IMG/VR virus record: IMGVR_UViG_3300027286_000002
Source of the DNA: a virus
Taxonomy: Duplodnaviria > Caudoviricetes
Strand: one strand, 5' to 3'
DNA: 64,000 nt
In this document: positions 28,363 through 37,390 of the stretch, piece by piece
Layout: each line of letters starts with the position of its first letter
Position numbering within the stretch: the stretch's first letter is position 1
Position numbers and translations under genes: made by a program
Notes under the pieces: generated by a model
What the model saw: only the letters and a program-made list of their open reading frames with translations
Told to the model about the DNA's origin: nothing
The model's database searches: none

Positions 28363-30193
28363 ATTTACACATATTTAAAAATTCTTGTTCTGTGATAACC
28401 TTAATGCCAAGTGCATTTGCTTTATCTAGTTTACTGCCAGCTTTTTCACCTGCTACAAGATAACTTAAATTCTTGCTTACTGATGATGCTACATTGCCAC
28501 CTAACTCTAATACCTTTGCTTCTGCATCATTTCTCTTTAAGGTAGTCAATGTACCTGTGAAAAGAAATGATTTGTTTTTAAAGATACCTGTCTTTTCACT
28601 GCCATTGTCAATTTGGATATATTGCAAAAGATCAGTAATAACATTTACATTTGCTTTAAGACCATTAACAATATCCTGTGCTGTGATACTGCCAAAACCA
28701 TCTAGTTTTTCAATATCAGATGTCTTTAATGCTAAAACTGCATCTAAGGTTTTAAATTGACTTGTTAAAACATCACTTGCTTTTTTACCTAAACTGTGAA
28801 TGCCAAGAGATATTAAAAACTTATCTAAAGATAATCTAGTGCTTTTGGTAATGCTAGATAACCAATTATCTGCTCTAGTTTCACCAACACTTTCAATCTT
28901 TAATAAATCTTCTCTTTTAAGTCTATATAGATCAGCAAAGTTATTGACAAGACCTTCTTCTATTAACTTTTCAATCCATACATTGCCTATGCCTTCAATA
29001 CCTACTTTTTCCATAAAGTAACTTACCTTTGTAGATAAACTACAATTCGCTGTGCAATATAGAAAATCTTCTTTTTGTTCTGTTGCTGATGAACAGAATG
29101 GACAACATACAGGAATTTCAATAGATGTATCACCTGCATTAATGACTTTTTCAAGGTGTGGAATAACACCACCTCTTCTTATTGCCAAAACATCTGCATT
29201 AAGAGTTAAACCTTTTGTCTTAATCATACCTGCATGATGCAAAGTAATCCTGCCTACCATTGCACCACTTAATTTCACAGGTTGGACGATTGCTACAGGT
29301 GTTAAGATACCTGATCTGCTAATTTGCCATTCAACATTTAAAAGTTTAGTTGTACCAAACTCACCTTGAAATTTATATGCTATTGCTCCTTTAGGGTGAT
29401 GTGATGTATATCCTGCATTTTCATATGCTTGATTATCATTTACACGATAAACAACACCATCTAGTTCATAGTCCAAACTATCTTTAATGTTTAGGATATG
29501 ATCATAACCTGCTTGTAGATGATCAATACCATTAAAGACAGTATAAAATGGGATTTCAAAACCTAATGCTTTAAGTGCATCTATTTTATCAGAAAATAGA
29601 TTAAACTCACTGCCTATGAAATCGTATGCAAGAAACTTGATGCCTTGTACATTGCCATCTTTTCTCTTAATAATACCTGCTACTGCATTTCTAGGATTTG
29701 CAAAGATATCCTTTTGAGTATTAAATACAGAAATAGGCATATATAATTCACCACGAATTTCTACAGGTGTTGTTATGCTAATTTGCTTTGGTACGATGTT
29801 GATAATGTTTTGTGTAATATCTTCACCTATATTGCCATCACCTCTTGTTGCACCTTGTACCAAAATGCCATTTTCATATTTGATACTGCAAGCCATACCA
29901 TCAATTTTAGGTGTGCATACATAAGATGAAAAAGACCTAGACCATTTCTTTAAGTCATCTTCATTATAACACTTGTCTAATGACAACATAGGTTTAGAAT
30001 GTTGTACTTCCATACCAATTTCTGCGAATGTGCCTAAACTGCTTAAGACAGGTGATGTAGGTGCAACTGCTCTTAATTGCTCTACAAGTGCATCATACTC
30101 TACATCAGAGATTTCAGGTGCATTCAAATCCCAATAAAGAGAATTGTGTTTCTTAACTAGATTTTCAAGTTCTGTGATAGATAACATTTTCAT
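28361..30193 (-). CDS. ligA: NAD-dependent DNA ligase
   Basis: ISDVEYD, PMLSL, motif I PKIDG, ATRGDG, RGE, RNAVAG, ELDGVV, AIAYKF, Zn finger CPFC...C, HhH repeats and a C-terminal BRCT domain (FLFTGTL...AGSKLDKA). Confidence 0.95.
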   Translation of the reverse strand: MKMLSITELENLVKKHNSLYWDLNAPEISDVEYDALVEQLRAVAPTSPVLSSLGTFAEIGMEVQHSKPMLSLDKCYNEDDLKKWSRSFSSYVCTPKIDGMACSIKYENGILVQGATRGDGNIGEDITQNIINIVPKQISITTPVEIRGELYMPISVFNTQKDIFANPRNAVAGIIKRKDGNVQGIKFLAYDFIGSEFNLFSDKIDALKALGFEIPFYTVFNGIDHLQAGYDHILNIKDSLDYELDGVVYRVNDNQAYENAGYTSHHPKGAIAYKFQGEFGTTKLLNVEWQISRSGILTPVAIVQPVKLSGAMVGRITLHHAGMIKTKGLTLNADVLAIRRGGVIPHLEKVINAGDTSIEIPVCCPFCSSATEQKEDFLYCTANCSLSTKVSYFMEKVGIEGIGNVWIEKLIEEGLVNNFADLYRLKREDLLKIESVGETRADNWLSSITKSTRLSLDKFLISLGIHSLGKKASDVLTSQFKTLDAVLALKTSDIEKLDGFGSITAQDIVNGLKANVNVITDLLQYIQIDNGSEKTGIFKNKSFLFTGTLTTLKRNDAEAKVLELGGNVASSVSKNLSYLVAGEKAGSKLDKANALGIKVITEQEFLNMCK

Positions 30194-30208
30194 TCGTCCT
30201 TTCGTTTT

Positions 30209-30607
30209 TTAACAATCTACTTGATTGACACTCATTTTTGTTAGTCTTTTTATTTGTAATCCATCAGGTACTTTATCGCTAGGATTGTTTCTACATTCCC
30301 ATGATAAGTAAGATAGGATGAAATCTATATCACTTGTCACAAATTTACCATCTGTGAAAAGAGGATAATTATTATCATTTTCTGTGAAGGATAATAAATT
30401 TTTGTGATTGACTACTAGACCTGTGACATATTTACCATCTTCTGTTGTCCTAATGGTGATACTTTCAAATCCCATTGCTACAAAATCATGAAGAATTACT
30501 TCATTCTTTTTGATTGAGAAGTTTAAACCTTTCATGGTCAATCTTTCTTTGATGTATGTCTTTTCCTTGAGAACAGTAATACCTTTTGATCTTCTTGCCA
30601 TTTTCAT
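30209..30607 (-). CDS. Hypothetical protein
   Basis: 132-aa ORF with AAAGGA SD, downstream of a promoter motif copy. Confidence 0.6.
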   Translation of the reverse strand: MKMARRSKGITVLKEKTYIKERLTMKGLNFSIKKNEVILHDFVAMGFESITIRTTEDGKYVTGLVVNHKNLLSFTENDNNYPLFTDGKFVTSDIDFILSYLSWECRNNPSDKVPDGLQIKRLTKMSVNQVDC

Positions 30608-30645
30608 TTTCCTTTTTTTGAAAAGTGGTTTTGTCTTATTGATAC

Positions 30646-30682
30646 TACTTAAACACTTAAGATTAAGATTTATTGCAAGTCA
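30646..30682 (-). promoter_or_regulatory. Conserved promoter-like motif copy
   Basis: TGACTTGCAATA-N12-AAGTGTT-TAAGTA on the minus strand. Confidence 0.7.
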
Positions 30683-30724
30683 GATAAAAAAGATTATAAG
30701 AAAAAAAAGAAAGCAGGTGTTTAA

Positions 30725-31069
30725 TTGATTAAACTTTACTTACCTTTTACACAAGATTTGATAAAAGTGCCTTATTCCGAACAGGATATGTATTTGATCC
30801 AAGCTAAAGGATCAGGTTCTATTAAAATAGGTGTAGCTAAAGATTGTGATGCTCGTATAAAGCAATTACAGACAGGCAATGCTGTAGAATTAAGATTGAT
30901 TCATGTCTTTAAAGGATATGGCAATGTAGAAAGACCACTGCATAAAGAATTGAAAAAGTTTAGAGAAAAAGGTGAATGGTTTTCCTATAAATGTGTTGGC
31001 TCACTGCCTGTTGAGATATATGAACAGATACCTTATGGTGCATTAGATTCATGGTGGCTTTCTATATAA
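30725..31069 (+). CDS. T5orf172/GIY-YIG-like nuclease domain protein
   Basis: YLIQ...IKIG...RIKQLQTGN...E..LH.......KGEWF; TTG start uncertain. Confidence 0.8.
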   Translation: MIKLYLPFTQDLIKVPYSEQDMYLIQAKGSGSIKIGVAKDCDARIKQLQTGNAVELRLIHVFKGYGNVERPLHKELKKFREKGEWFSYKCVGSLPVEIYEQIPYGALDSWWLSI

Positions 31070-31156
31070 GAGCCAAGCAAACCTACTAGATATATAAATA
31101 ATGCCTCTTTACTTAAAAAGAATAAAGCTAAACAAATTAAAAGATGCTTAATCATT

Positions 31157-31993
31157 TTACAAAGCTGTCCATTTCTCTTCATTATTAGGTGCATTATCTA
31201 CTAATGTAGGAAAAGCACTTTCTACTGTTGTTATTCGTGGATTATTAAAATCCCTGCTTAGATTTGTATCTAAATTAGGATAAACAATATTGTCTATGTT
31301 ATTTACAATGAAACTTAAATGATGTGTATCTGAATATGATTCACTATCAAATAAAAGACTTGGTGTGACACCACCTACTGCACCTAATAAGATTTCATCT
31401 CTTTCTTTGACCAGCTGTTCTCTTAAATCGCATAGCTTAATAATTCTTGCCTCAAGATCATTTCTCAATTCTTTAATTTCCTGTGGCAACCATCTTTTAG
31501 CTGATTCGACTGCATCACTAATCTCTTTGCCAAAGTCATACATATTTAAATTCTTGCCAAACTTTCTAGGTGGAAATTTCCATAATGGCAACCAACCACC
31601 TGTACTTAATGTACCTGTTTGTGGATTTTTATCTGGCTGTGGTGCAATGATACCCGTGTAAGGCTGTGTTTCAATAATTTGTTCATCACTGTAAAAATAT
31701 GAATCTGGTTTTAAGAACATAGAAATATCAAAAGGATTTCCACCTTGCACAACATAAGCAATAATGAGTTTATGCAGGCTTGATCCTTTATTGACTTCAA
31801 ATCCTATTCTTCTTTCTGTCATTTTACTTGTAGAACCATCTTTTAAAAAAGATACACGGATATATCCTATTTGTGAAAGTTCATTGTTAATAACTTTCAA
31901 TCGTGCTTCGACATTTCTTCTTTGGTTTAAAGCAAAGTTTCTGAACTCATACCAACTACCTTCTCTAAAATAAACAGACCAAGCAAAAGACAT
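31157..31993 (-). CDS. Hypothetical protein, possibly virion-associated
   Basis: 278-aa ORF with a coiled-coil segment, closely coupled to 31999..34479. Confidence 0.6.
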   Translation of the reverse strand: MSFAWSVYFREGSWYEFRNFALNQRRNVEARLKVINNELSQIGYIRVSFLKDGSTSKMTERRIGFEVNKGSSLHKLIIAYVVQGGNPFDISMFLKPDSYFYSDEQIIETQPYTGIIAPQPDKNPQTGTLSTGGWLPLWKFPPRKFGKNLNMYDFGKEISDAVESAKRWLPQEIKELRNDLEARIIKLCDLREQLVKERDEILLGAVGGVTPSLLFDSESYSDTHHLSFIVNNIDNIVYPNLDTNLSRDFNNPRITTVESAFPTLVDNAPNNEEKWTAL

Positions 31994-31998
31994 TTTTA

Positions 31999-34479
31999 TT
32001 ATCCTCCAAAGATAGCAGAGAAAAGATCAATAACAATTTGTGGTGGACCGGGGATGACAACACATTGACCAATACCTAAAGAAGGAGCATTAGGTTTTTT
32101 AGTAGCAGATAAGAAATCAGCAAGTAAACCATCTGTACCTTGTGAAACAACAAAAAGCATACCGACAGTTGCACCTAGATCTAAAGCGAAATTTAAGATA
32201 GCATCTATAAATGCTTTTAGTTTAGCAATGATTCTTTGAATTTCTTGTATTCTCTTTTGCAAGACTTCAATAAAATCTTTAATCGCTTTAATAAGACCTT
32301 CTAAACCTAAAGTTAAGGTTTCTACAAAAGCAATAATTTCATTTAAATAAGCTGTGAAATCAGGAAAGCCATCAATAAAGAATTTCACATTAAACCAAGC
32401 ACCTGTTTCATTTAATACCTTCTGTGGTAAAGAAGTAAGCATCCGTCTAGCATTATCTACAATATCTTGATCTACCAAATCATACATAAGAGAAAGTTTA
32501 GCAGTAGTCTTTACTTGTTCTTTTTCTGAAACACCTAATTTCTTTTCTGTGTATGCAGTAGGAAACAAAGGTTCGATTCTTCTTTCAAGACCTGTAGTTA
32601 AGTAGATGATGTTATTAAATGCAGATCCTTCAACACGAGGTTTATTTGCCTTTAGAACTTCATCAAAAGAAGTATCGCCAAAGCTACCATAATTATTAGC
32701 ATTCCCATGCACACCATACATATTATCTTCTATTAAGAAATCATAAAAACTTTTCTTTTGAATTTGATCGCCTACTTTAACATCTATTCTTTTTTCAGAA
32801 AGAAATTCAATTGGCTCTTGCAATGCTATCAGTTGTGCTTCTGTTGGAAAAGGTAATTTATTTACTATGTTCTGAATGACAGCTAAAACATCTGATCTAA
32901 AGCTATTCGCATCTTGATCAAATTTCACAAAGCTGGTGGCATTTGCCTGTCTATTGGCATATGCCATAAGATTGAATTTCACTTGTGATGGCAAATTGAA
33001 AAAATGAAACTTACTTGTACCATATAAATATGATTTGGCAAACTCAGCACTTTTTACACCAGCCTCTTGACCATTCAAATAATTCTTTTCATTTAAATAA
33101 TCACCTAAAATGAAAATAGCTAATGCCTCTCTTAAAGCATTGATATAATCTACACGATCATATTTAGGTAGCTTGGTTGAGATAGCATTAGAATTAGTAG
33201 AAACCAAACCTGTAACAATCCCATTAGAAACAATAGAGTTCCATAAGTATAAAGGAAGATTTTCTACAAGATCACTATCACTAAAACCTAAATCTGAACT
33301 TAAAGATAAAACTTCTACATATAAATCTTCTGCTTCACTTTCAGTTTGTTTATCAATAACAGTGATGCCATTTGTTGTATTGCCATCTACTTCATATGGT
33401 TTACTTGAATATGTGATTTTTTTAGGCAAATCTTTATATGGTATGGTTAAGCTATATGAATTACCTGTTAAGAAAGCACCTACTGCGAAAGGATTGTAGT
33501 AAAAAGATTTATTTGTCTTTTCTACCAAGTCTTGTGGCAGGATCACTTTATCATTAAAAAAATACTGATAACTAAAGGGATAACCTTTTTTAATAATGTC
33601 ATCAATAAAGTTTTCAAAATAAGGTATTACACGACTATCTTGAATGAGTGTTGGACTACTTAATAATGTAAATGACTTTCCATTTACAGTAACAGGCTTA
33701 TATAAACTTGCACCTATTTCTTGTGCAAGTTCAATATTAGTAGTTGTCTGTGCAGATTTAGTTCTTCTTAATAAACCTACTTTCACAGGCATAGTACTTA
33801 TATTTACTAAGAAAGCATCAGGTGGTACTACAAAAGATGGAAAAAAACTGTCTTGACTATTAGAAGGTGGTGTTAATTCCCAAGAGATTTTTAAACCTTC
33901 AGGTGTTTTAAGTTTTGAATTAGAGAAAGGAACTCCGAACTTTGAAACAAGTGTTGCTTTAACATTGGATGCGACTGGCAAACCACTATCTTCTAAAATT
34001 CCTGTAAATAGCTTTTTCAAATCATTAAATATTTTGATGAGTCTTAAAATCCCTTCTATATTAGAACCTGCGAATTGAAAAATACCAAGCACAACACTAT
34101 CTTTACTGATAACAGGTCTTGTTGTATCAGCTGGATTAGTAAACTTGTTTACCATCCTTTGCTCAAATGCTTGATATCCACCAGCATACACTTTATAGCC
34201 TTCATCAAAAACTCTTGGCAACATATCCAAATCGGTAGTTAAATAAAGACCTAAGTTTTGAAGATCTGAAATGATATTTTTAATAAGTGCAATAAGCTCT
34301 TTCAAAAGCAATAACAAAGGATTACTGAAATCTATTAGAAAGGCTTTCACAAATTCTAACACATTATTAAGAAAGGTAAGAAAGATATTAAGAGTAGCAA
34401 AGATGTTATCTACAATTGGTCTAACTTCTTTAAAGATGTCAGGTATTTTAGGTGTTTTAATAATTGACCATTCTGCCAT
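31999..34479 (-). CDS. Large hypothetical protein with amphipathic/hydrophobic helical termini
   Basis: 826-aa ORF; Leu/Ile/Phe-rich helices at both ends. Confidence 0.65.
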   Translation of the reverse strand: MAEWSIIKTPKIPDIFKEVRPIVDNIFATLNIFLTFLNNVLEFVKAFLIDFSNPLLLLLKELIALIKNIISDLQNLGLYLTTDLDMLPRVFDEGYKVYAGGYQAFEQRMVNKFTNPADTTRPVISKDSVVLGIFQFAGSNIEGILRLIKIFNDLKKLFTGILEDSGLPVASNVKATLVSKFGVPFSNSKLKTPEGLKISWELTPPSNSQDSFFPSFVVPPDAFLVNISTMPVKVGLLRRTKSAQTTTNIELAQEIGASLYKPVTVNGKSFTLLSSPTLIQDSRVIPYFENFIDDIIKKGYPFSYQYFFNDKVILPQDLVEKTNKSFYYNPFAVGAFLTGNSYSLTIPYKDLPKKITYSSKPYEVDGNTTNGITVIDKQTESEAEDLYVEVLSLSSDLGFSDSDLVENLPLYLWNSIVSNGIVTGLVSTNSNAISTKLPKYDRVDYINALREALAIFILGDYLNEKNYLNGQEAGVKSAEFAKSYLYGTSKFHFFNLPSQVKFNLMAYANRQANATSFVKFDQDANSFRSDVLAVIQNIVNKLPFPTEAQLIALQEPIEFLSEKRIDVKVGDQIQKKSFYDFLIEDNMYGVHGNANNYGSFGDTSFDEVLKANKPRVEGSAFNNIIYLTTGLERRIEPLFPTAYTEKKLGVSEKEQVKTTAKLSLMYDLVDQDIVDNARRMLTSLPQKVLNETGAWFNVKFFIDGFPDFTAYLNEIIAFVETLTLGLEGLIKAIKDFIEVLQKRIQEIQRIIAKLKAFIDAILNFALDLGATVGMLFVVSQGTDGLLADFLSATKKPNAPSLGIGQCVVIPGPPQIVIDLFSAIFGG

Positions 34480-34665
34480 TTATTTTTTCTCTCTTTGATT
34501 TCTTTTTTGTGCTTCTAATCTTTCTAATTCCATTTGTGCTTTACTTAATTCCATTAAGTCTTTATCCAGCATAGATTGAAACATCTGCTTTAAACTTTCT
34601 AACTGATCTGTAAAGGATTTAACTTTTTCTTGATCTGGATTGATCTTGCTTTTCCATTCTGTCAT
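34480..34665 (-). CDS. Small coiled-coil protein
   Basis: ATG at 34665 with AAGGTG SD; its stop codon directly abuts the start codon of 31999..34479. Confidence 0.55.
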   Translation of the reverse strand: MTEWKSKINPDQEKVKSFTDQLESLKQMFQSMLDKDLMELSKAQMELERLEAQKRNQREKK

Positions 34666-34754
34666 TTTTAATCTCACCTTTTTTCACATAAAGAACATTT
34701 AATAAAACAAATATAGTATAAGATACATATCTCTTTTAAATAAAGGAAAAGAAA

Positions 34755-35117
34755 ATGGCTTTAAAAACTCGTAAAGCAATACAAGTTCAAAATGCAATCC
34801 TACAAGACCTGCATCAAATCTTCTTAGAACTCGAAGAACCTGTAAGACCTTTCGTTTCTAATAATGAAACAAAAGAAGATCGTGATGGACAAACTTATAT
34901 TGTAGTGAAAAAAGACGACTTTGAAGATTACTTGGTGCTATGGATTAAAGAATATCAACATGACATTATTAATGTTAAGCATCCTATTGTGTCTGTTGGT
35001 TTTCCACTTGAAAACTTTGAAGTGAATGAAATTTCTCATATTCATAATGCAGATGACTATTACTTTTGGAAACAGGATGTCTTAAGAGAAAGGATTAAAA
35101 AAATTTTAGAAATTTAA
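34755..35117 (+). CDS. Hypothetical protein
   Basis: 120-aa ORF with AAAGGA SD. Confidence 0.6.
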   Translation: MALKTRKAIQVQNAILQDLHQIFLELEEPVRPFVSNNETKEDRDGQTYIVVKKDDFEDYLVLWIKEYQHDIINVKHPIVSVGFPLENFEVNEISHIHNADDYYFWKQDVLRERIKKILEI

Positions 35118-35119
35118 AT

Positions 35120-35155
35120 GAACTTGCAATAATATCTTATGCAAAGTGTTATATA
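35120..35155 (+). promoter_or_regulatory. Conserved promoter-like motif copy
   Basis: GAACTTGCAATA-N12-AAGTGT-TATATA on the plus strand. Confidence 0.75.
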
Positions 35156-35184
35156 AGTACAAACCTAAACAAAAAGGAGTTCTT

Positions 35185-35454
35185 ATGAACACTATCTTAA
35201 ATCAAATCAAATCTGTTGATCTAATCTCTTCTATTGATGTACTTGACTGTTCCGATACTGAACTAGAAAGTCTTCTTTACTGTGATAAAGGTAGTTTTTA
35301 CCTTTACAGTTATATATCTGATAATAACAAAATCGAAATCTCTTTAGATGTAGATGACAGTGAAAATGATGATATGTATCAAGTGTATCATAAGTCTTAT
35401 GATACATCTGATGATATTGCACAAGACCTTAAAACTTTTTTCTCTAACCTATAA
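35185..35454 (+). CDS. Small acidic hypothetical protein (start revised)
   Basis: ATG at 35185 with AAGGAG SD: MNTILNQIKSVD... Confidence 0.65.
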   Translation: MNTILNQIKSVDLISSIDVLDCSDTELESLLYCDKGSFYLYSYISDNNKIEISLDVDDSENDDMYQVYHKSYDTSDDIAQDLKTFFSNL

Positions 35455-35465
35455 GGACAAAAAAA

Positions 35466-36011
35466 ATGATCAAGTCAATCGATATTCTCTTTACTCTCTT
35501 ATCTATGTTAAACACCGAAACACCTGTCTTAGATACAGATGAAATCTGTAAACTAAACCAACTCTCAAATGTTATCTATTCCTATAGTGTAGAGAACACA
35601 TACTTTACTCAAGAGCAATCTGTGCAACATTTAATTGCACTTGCATGGAATGAAACTAGATTTTCTTTTGATACAGATCATATCACACCAAACTACTATG
35701 GTGAGGCTTGTGGTGTGTTTCAACAGACAGATAAATTAAGCATGAATAAATTTGATTGTGTTGATCTTTTACATCCTACTAGAGCAACCAAAGAGGCATT
35801 AGATCAATTGAAATACATAAAAGAAAGATGGGATGGCAAACTAGATAAAACCATCTGTCATTACTTTAGTGGCAATAGATGTGATGATAAAGCATCTGAA
35901 ACCTATGCAAGTAATCATAAAAATGCAAGACTTAAAGCAGTAGAGTTTTTAAAGAAATCTAAAAATATTGATCATTCTGAAATTAAGAAAGTAATAGAAA
36001 CCTGTCTTTAA
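35466..36011 (+). CDS. Lysozyme-like / lytic transglycosylase-like protein
   Basis: LIALAWNETRF (candidate catalytic Glu), GVFQ motif and HY-x-SG; hydrophobic N-terminus. Confidence 0.5.
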   Translation: MIKSIDILFTLLSMLNTETPVLDTDEICKLNQLSNVIYSYSVENTYFTQEQSVQHLIALAWNETRFSFDTDHITPNYYGEACGVFQQTDKLSMNKFDCVDLLHPTRATKEALDQLKYIKERWDGKLDKTICHYFSGNRCDDKASETYASNHKNARLKAVEFLKKSKNIDHSEIKKVIETCL

Positions 36012-36049
36012 TATAATGAATTTGAATTTTTATAAAGGAGTACTTAAAA

Positions 36050-36217
36050 ATGAATTGCACGATCTGTGGCAAAAAATACCACGACCTGCCTAATGCTATC
36101 AAATGGACTGAAAGAGATGGTGGTGCTTGTGAACCTTGTGTACATAGACTTAGAAAAACCTTTGGCAAATACCATGAACATTTCATTACACATGAAAATA
36201 AGAAAGCTAAAAAATGA
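36050..36217 (+). CDS. 55-aa CxxC...CxxC zinc-finger protein (absent from the ORF track)
   Basis: MNCTICGKKYHDLPNAIKWTERDGGACEPCVHRLRKTFGKYHEHFITHENKKAKK; AAGGAG SD; ATGA overlap with the Toprim gene. Confidence 0.65.
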   Translation: MNCTICGKKYHDLPNAIKWTERDGGACEPCVHRLRKTFGKYHEHFITHENKKAKK

Positions 36218-36891
36218 ATTGGCTAGATGATTTTATCTCAATCCTGCCTTTAAGCACAGAGCATCAAAACTACTTAAATAAAAGAGGTGTGGATCAAAAC
36301 ACTAATGTTAATTTTAAAACCTTTGATATGGTAAACTTTAACATTCCGTGTGATCGATTTAAAGCAACCTTTGGCAAAGCAGGTGAAAAATTAAAAGACT
36401 GTTTAATCATCCCTGCTACCTGTCCAAAAGGTGAAACCTATGGATTTGAAGCAAGGTCTTGGGATGCAAATGGTAATAAAAAAGTTTTTAAATATATGCT
36501 AGATCGCAGTCAATGGATACCTTCTTTACTTAATGGACATGAAGTAGCTGAATCATTATGGTCTAATGGTGATGTTTATTTTGTTGAAGGTGTCTTTGAT
36601 ATGGTTGCTCTTAAAAAGGTTATCTCATATCCCAATGCAGTAGGCTGTACTATGAGAGCAGGTGTAGATGAATTAACAATCTCTTTAATCCAAAGGTTTG
36701 CTAATAAGATCAGTACTATTTATATGGCATACGATAATGACAACACAGGTAGATTGAAATCTAGTGATGCTATTTATAAATTCAAAAAGTTAGGTATTCG
36801 TGCTGTGGAATGTAAATATCGTGGCAAAGATCCAAATGAATTATGGACGATACAAGGAGATGCAGGTCTAAAAAGATACTTCCTATTTTAA
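36214..36891 (+). CDS. DNA primase catalytic (Toprim) subunit lacking a Zn-binding domain
   Basis: YLNKRG, FEAR, YFVEGVFDMVAL, AYDNDNTG and KDPNELW are DnaG-type Toprim motifs. Confidence 0.85.
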   Translation: MNWLDDFISILPLSTEHQNYLNKRGVDQNTNVNFKTFDMVNFNIPCDRFKATFGKAGEKLKDCLIIPATCPKGETYGFEARSWDANGNKKVFKYMLDRSQWIPSLLNGHEVAESLWSNGDVYFVEGVFDMVALKKVISYPNAVGCTMRAGVDELTISLIQRFANKISTIYMAYDNDNTGRLKSSDAIYKFKKLGIRAVECKYRGKDPNELWTIQGDAGLKRYFLF

Positions 36892-36946
36892 TAATTCTTT
36901 TATCTTATTATATTTAGATATGAACACAATATGAAAGGTAATCAAA

Positions 36947-37345
36947 ATGAAGTATCTTATTTCATCTTTAAAGAATCGTTTAAATAAAATAGCAGGTGTT
37001 GAAAAGATTGCAGGTGGTCTTTTTAGTGAGATTTTTTTTAAGACTGTAGAAAAGCAATTGAAGTCTAATCCTGTGATTAAAAAATCAGAATATAAAGTAG
37101 CTGTGGATGATGATGCAGAAAGTATTGTTATTTATAAAGATGATCAAGAACTTGCATTAGTTTTTAGATTGATGTTAGAAAGTCCTAAAATTAATGGTTA
37201 TGCCATCTCTTGGGAAATCGCAGGATTTTCAAAGGTTTGGGATGGTAAAGAAAGCAATCTTACATCTGATGAAATTGAACAAGAACTCGTAGGTTATATT
37301 GTAAAGATGTTTAAACTCTCTTGGCAAAAAGGCTACCTTCAATAA
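36947..37345 (+). CDS. Hypothetical protein with SSLKNRLNKIAGVEKIA leader
   Basis: 132-aa ORF with GAAAGG SD. Confidence 0.6.
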   Translation: MKYLISSLKNRLNKIAGVEKIAGGLFSEIFFKTVEKQLKSNPVIKKSEYKVAVDDDAESIVIYKDDQELALVFRLMLESPKINGYAISWEIAGFSKVWDGKESNLTSDEIEQELVGYIVKMFKLSWQKGYLQ

Positions 37346-37351
37346 AATTTT

Positions 37352-37388
37352 GATATTCCCTTCTATTATAAAATAAAAAGGGAATATC
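37352..37388 (+). promoter_or_regulatory. Perfect 11-bp inverted repeat sequestering the SD of 37391..38263
   Basis: GATATTCCCTT-N15-AAGGGAATATC, ending 2 nt before the ATG. Confidence 0.7.
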
Positions 37389-37390
37389 AG

